DNA from: Selaginella moellendorffii
Lineage: Eukaryota > Plantae > Lycopodiophyta
Direction of reading: 5' to 3'
Assembly: GCF_000143415.4 (NCBI RefSeq)
Contig: NW_003314261.1
Span: 6,542,817-6,606,816 of the forward strand
DNA length: 64,000 nucleotides
Shown: positions 60,301 to 64,000 of the stretch, one piece after another
Layout: each line of letters begins with the position of its first letter
Numbering within the stretch: the first letter of the stretch is position 1
Program-made: the position numbers and the translations under genes
Notes under the pieces: generated by a model
The model's database searches: none
What the model was told of the DNA's origin: nothing
The model's input: the letters and a program-made list of their open reading frames with translations, nothing else

Positions 60301-60951
60301 CCAGTTCGATCCAGTCCGAGTGAAGAGGACCACAATCTCTCTTAAGGGACCAACGGCCTCTCCTGTACGTGGAAGCAACACTCCGGACTTGGTTTTGGCG
60401 GTCGAAGAAGCTGTGAGGAGCAGGCAAATCTTCAACGTGACGTACCTGCTAGATCTGGCGAGTGCGAGCGAACCTATGGACCTGCCACGAACAAAGGAAG
60501 CGCGCCTCCTCGGATACAGTGTCTGGTTTCCGAGCTCCTCCTCGGCTCCGATTTCGATCTCGGTGCTCTCATCGGCAAAGAACGGCACACCGTTCGTCAA
60601 AGTCTGCGTGATGCTCTGGGAGAAGGTGTACGAGTTGTGGAAGGATGCTCACTGGTGTGGTCTTGCTGCATCTCTGAAGTCACGCACCAGACGTCTTACA
60701 CAGTCACGATCCGCTCCAGGGAAAACGGGGAAAACGGTACGTAAAAGACTGAGCCTGTGCGCCTCTGGTCGACTGATTAGCTCACATCCGTCGGTATCCA
60801 GGGAACTGTGTAGGTGGTGATCAGCATTGATCCCGTTCCATGGATGCATCGACGGTGTCTTTGATGGTGTGTTGGCTTTCAGGACAGATAAATCATTCCC
60901 TGTTCCCATGAAGCTAAAGGGTACGAAATAGGCCTACCTTGGTGGTAATAA
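60301..60951 (+). pseudogene. Partial duplicate of the aerolysin-domain half, with an internal inversion (~60505-60676)
   Basis: 60301-60495 and 60700-60951 match 59205-59470 and 59710-60040 directly; the middle is the reverse complement of ~59486-59682 (GVPFFADESTEI on the minus strand). Confidence 0.85.
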
Positions 60952-61044
60952 GAAATAGAATAAAACGATGCTGGATCACATCACAAGTTATACAGAAAAC
61001 ACTCGTTACTCATGGCTCCATCTGTAGCAAGATTGTAAGACTGG

Positions 61045-62103
61045 GAAAATGTCCGATAGAAAAATAAGCTTACTGCCCATATTTATCCTTCATTTTCTCG
61101 GCGATGCGATCCGCATTCTTGCTTGCTCTTCGGACGTCTTTCGCGGCCCTGAAATAGCAACACCCCATGAATCAATAGCCAAAGAATACTCAAAGGAACC
61201 CATACAAGTCGACACTCAATCTTTGAAGAGCAATAGATCGCCGTTCAAAACTCTCCTGCGGTCCTTCCGAGTTTTTAAGCTGGCGAGCCAGGCTCCCGAA
61301 GAAGACCCCCAACACCTTCACAGAACGACAATTTAGTTAGCCAAACTTTTAGCTATACCACATAGTTTGCAAACCTCGGCAACGACCAGGAAGTAAAACG
61401 CCCATGAAACACGTCCGATAAACGACTCCACCTACATTCACAATCACCTACAATAAAAAGATACGATAAGCCCAAGCTCGTGAATAACATGTACCTCATT
61501 CGCACTAAAGCGTTTAGATCGAAAACTTCTCGCCACTTTCTCTCTCTGCGACAAGCGAGTGAAGCTGAGCCCAAAGTGAAAAGGTGATGCGTACGTTCGA
61601 AAATGAGGCCAACGAGTACACGATGGATCCAAGAGCAGCAAAACAATTGAAGACGATATTTATCCAGAAGCAAGGACCGACTGTCCTTCCTATGCCTGAA
61701 GCACCAGCCACAATCGTTACCCCTCCAAGAATTATAAGAAGCCTACGCAAATAAAACAAGAAGTTAGATTCCCAGAACAAATAATTACATCACTGCAACT
61801 GACCACCCAGGCGAAAAGTTGGGACTCCCTCCTTGTATGACCGGAACCATTATAACAATCAAGCCTCCGCACACCTAGGTAGCTGAAGAAATCAATAAAC
61901 GAGCCCCCAACAAAAGAAAACAAATCCGTGTACCAGAATGAAAAGATGTAGCAGGTTCAGAGCCCAATCTATCGCCGTAAGCGTCTTCATATCTGAACAG
62001 AGAACTTAGTCTCGCAAAGAAAATTTCGAAAGCGTACAGAACCTGATCGGATCCGAAAGGCTGTTTTCATCTCCAAAATTCTCCCCCGAACTTCCCCTGC
62101 CAT
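61045..62103 (-). other. Possible multi-exon membrane-protein gene or pseudogene (tetraspanin/TOM2A-like?)
   Basis: Hydrophobic segments (LLIILGGVTIVAGASGIG), GT-AG-bounded pieces and a C-terminal KMKDKYGQ-like motif; a clean model could not be built. Confidence 0.3.
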
Positions 62104-62282
62104 GTCATTAGCTCATACACGACACGCAGTAGTATTAAAAACATCCGACTTGTTGTCCGAGTGAGAAAAAAAAAGTCGGGCCTAAAGCTTCAACAAATAC
62201 AGCCCAGTTTACAATTAGAAAAGCAGCTACAATTATAGTAAAATATACAAACAGCAAGTCTTAGCTCTGGTGCGCTCCAACT

Positions 62283-62716
62283 CACGACTGAGATGCAACG
62301 TACGTCTGATACGGGGAGCTGCGAGTGCCAGCCCCGTTACCACTCGTGGAACTATTCCCTCCCTGCGCTCTGAAAGAAAGAGGTGGGAAGTCCTCTTCTT
62401 TCATTTGGTAAGCCCTCTGGTTTTGCCTGAAGTAGCAAAACGAGTTTCAGTGGCCAGAATAATCGATAAAACGTTTTGGTACCTTTGCTGGTCATTCGGG
62501 GAGGACGGCTGTTGTCTATCTTGACCCGCAGCCTGCTGCCCCTTAGAGCTCACACGAACGGCTCCAAGCTCAGAGCCCTGCACCGCCCCAAGCGTCCCAA
62601 ACTCAAGCGGTTCGTTGGACGGGTATACAACAATCGACGTGTTCCCATTGCCGTTCATATACACCTGAGAATAAGCTTGCAGGGTTGCAGGGGGTTCCAA
62701 AAGTACGGTTGCAGGG
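62283..62716 (-). pseudogene. 3'-terminal gene fragment, possibly of a PAP/OAS1-domain nucleotidyltransferase-like protein
   Basis: YPSNEPLEFGTLG and YQMKEEDFPPL motifs in different frames; 5' part is absent, replaced by the phosphatase duplicate. Confidence 0.4.
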
Positions 62717-63965
62717 GGTACGCGGCTCTACGTCCGATTCCGCCGGCGCGCGGGCCTCGAGGCCACCTACACGGAGATTTGCGATGGATTGTTCGTGGGG
62801 CGTGGCCATTCCAGCGCGATCACATCCCTCCGGGCAGTCCCGCGGTCGTGGATTGCACCAACGAGCTACCCAGGACGGTGGGATTGGAGCTTCCCTATGT
62901 GTGCATCCCGGCCTGGGATACCAGATCGCCATCGCCGGAGGGCATCGAGCTAGCCGTGCGCTGGGCTCTCGTCAAGCGCTCCCAGAACCATCCCATTCTC
63001 ATCCACTGTGCCAAAGGTAGGCTTCCCCATCACTCTTTTTTCTTTCTTTCTTCTTTTGCCATAGCTAGGCCTAGTTGAAAAACAATGTTTTGATTGTCTT
63101 CTTTCAGCATTCTTTCGATTGGCATTTTGTTCCTCTGCATTGATGATCTTTCCCTCTTTCTTCCCCGGATTTTTATCGACGCGCATTGAGCGTGCTTTAG
63201 TTTTCATCTTGGCTGGCGGGGTGGGCCTTAGACGATTTGGATGCTTGTCGTTCGTGCACAGGTCATGGGCGTAGTGTGGCTGTTACGTGCGCGCTGCTGG
63301 TGGCATTGGGCGTGGTGGGCGACTGGAAGGAAGGCGAGAGCCTGATCAAGAGACATCGCCCACGGATCCGTCTCAATGCAGCGCAAAGGAAATCTCTTCA
63401 AGAATGGCGTAAGTCTCAAACAGAGAACCTCTTTACGTCTCTCTCGCTCTATAGATACCGGGGTTGATTTTTATTCTTGTGTTATGTATCAGAGCTTCGG
63501 CGGTATTGATATGTTAGCAGATGGTCTTCGTATTTGTTGATACTGAACCTTGAAACCGAGCTAATGTGTTTTCTCCTCGTGAAATATACTTCTCTTAGTA
63601 CTGATTTTAGACAAGCTTTATTAGATATTTGGGATATTTGTCACTTTGATTCATGAGGTATTTTTCTAAGCTGGTTCATGTGAAATATTTATATACTTTT
63701 CTTAGTATTGATTTTAGACAAGCTTTATTAGACATTTGTCTTGCTCACTTTGATCTAGGAGGTATTATTCTAGAGCTGGTTCAACAGCCATTACTTCTGG
63801 ATGCACCGTGCTCCCCAGCTTTGCAGGAAATGGCCAAACGCATGAAGCTCGAGAGCTCTTTGATGCCATTCCCGAAGAGATGAAACCCCTGTTCTTGGGC
63901 AACCCTTTGGCTGATAGAAAGGCTAGGCTCCAGAGGACTTAATTTTCTTAATTTAATCGAAAGCT
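62717..63965 (+). pseudogene. 5'-truncated near-identical duplicate of the YnbD-like phosphatase gene and its 3' flank
   Basis: Matches ~57039-58190 including the intron; lacks the first ~80 codons; 1-bp deletion near 62800 (GTGGGGCGTGG versus GTGGGCGCGTGG). Confidence 0.88.
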
Positions 63966-64000
63966 CCCATGTGTTTCAATGTGGTGCAAACTCTCCTCAG

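Overview
Eukaryotic, gene-dense plant nuclear DNA with very short introns (mostly 45-75 nt), tiny intergenic gaps and intronless PLS-class PPR genes. The style suggests a lycophyte such as Selaginella (inference, not database-checked). Recognisable genes: NUP1/KAKU4-like, GT92-like glycosyltransferase, PDK, TRF-like Myb, penta-EF-hand protein, three PPRs, TOM40, GDT1/UPF0016, YebC/TACO1, CSLC, three Bet v1/PR-10, DRT102, a BURP-domain protein, an M32 carboxypeptidase, GRAS, a YnbD-like phosphatase and an amaranthin-aerolysin toxin-like gene. There are many local tandem duplications with a decayed partner (ATPase, PPR, GRAS, aerolysin, phosphatase). Mobile DNA includes hAT and LINE remnants, a TSD-flanked solo LTR carrying a minisatellite, and a complete young TRIM. 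Best leads: (1) a head-to-head BURP / M32 carboxypeptidase pair with a selanine-like GFEYKIY motif, in a block bracketed by two phased W-box arrays; (2) a disrupted SYCP2-like ARM+PH gene; (3) an aerolysin duplicate whose pore-hairpin segment is inverted. Family calls are from motif recognition by eye, and exon boundaries are manual predictions.
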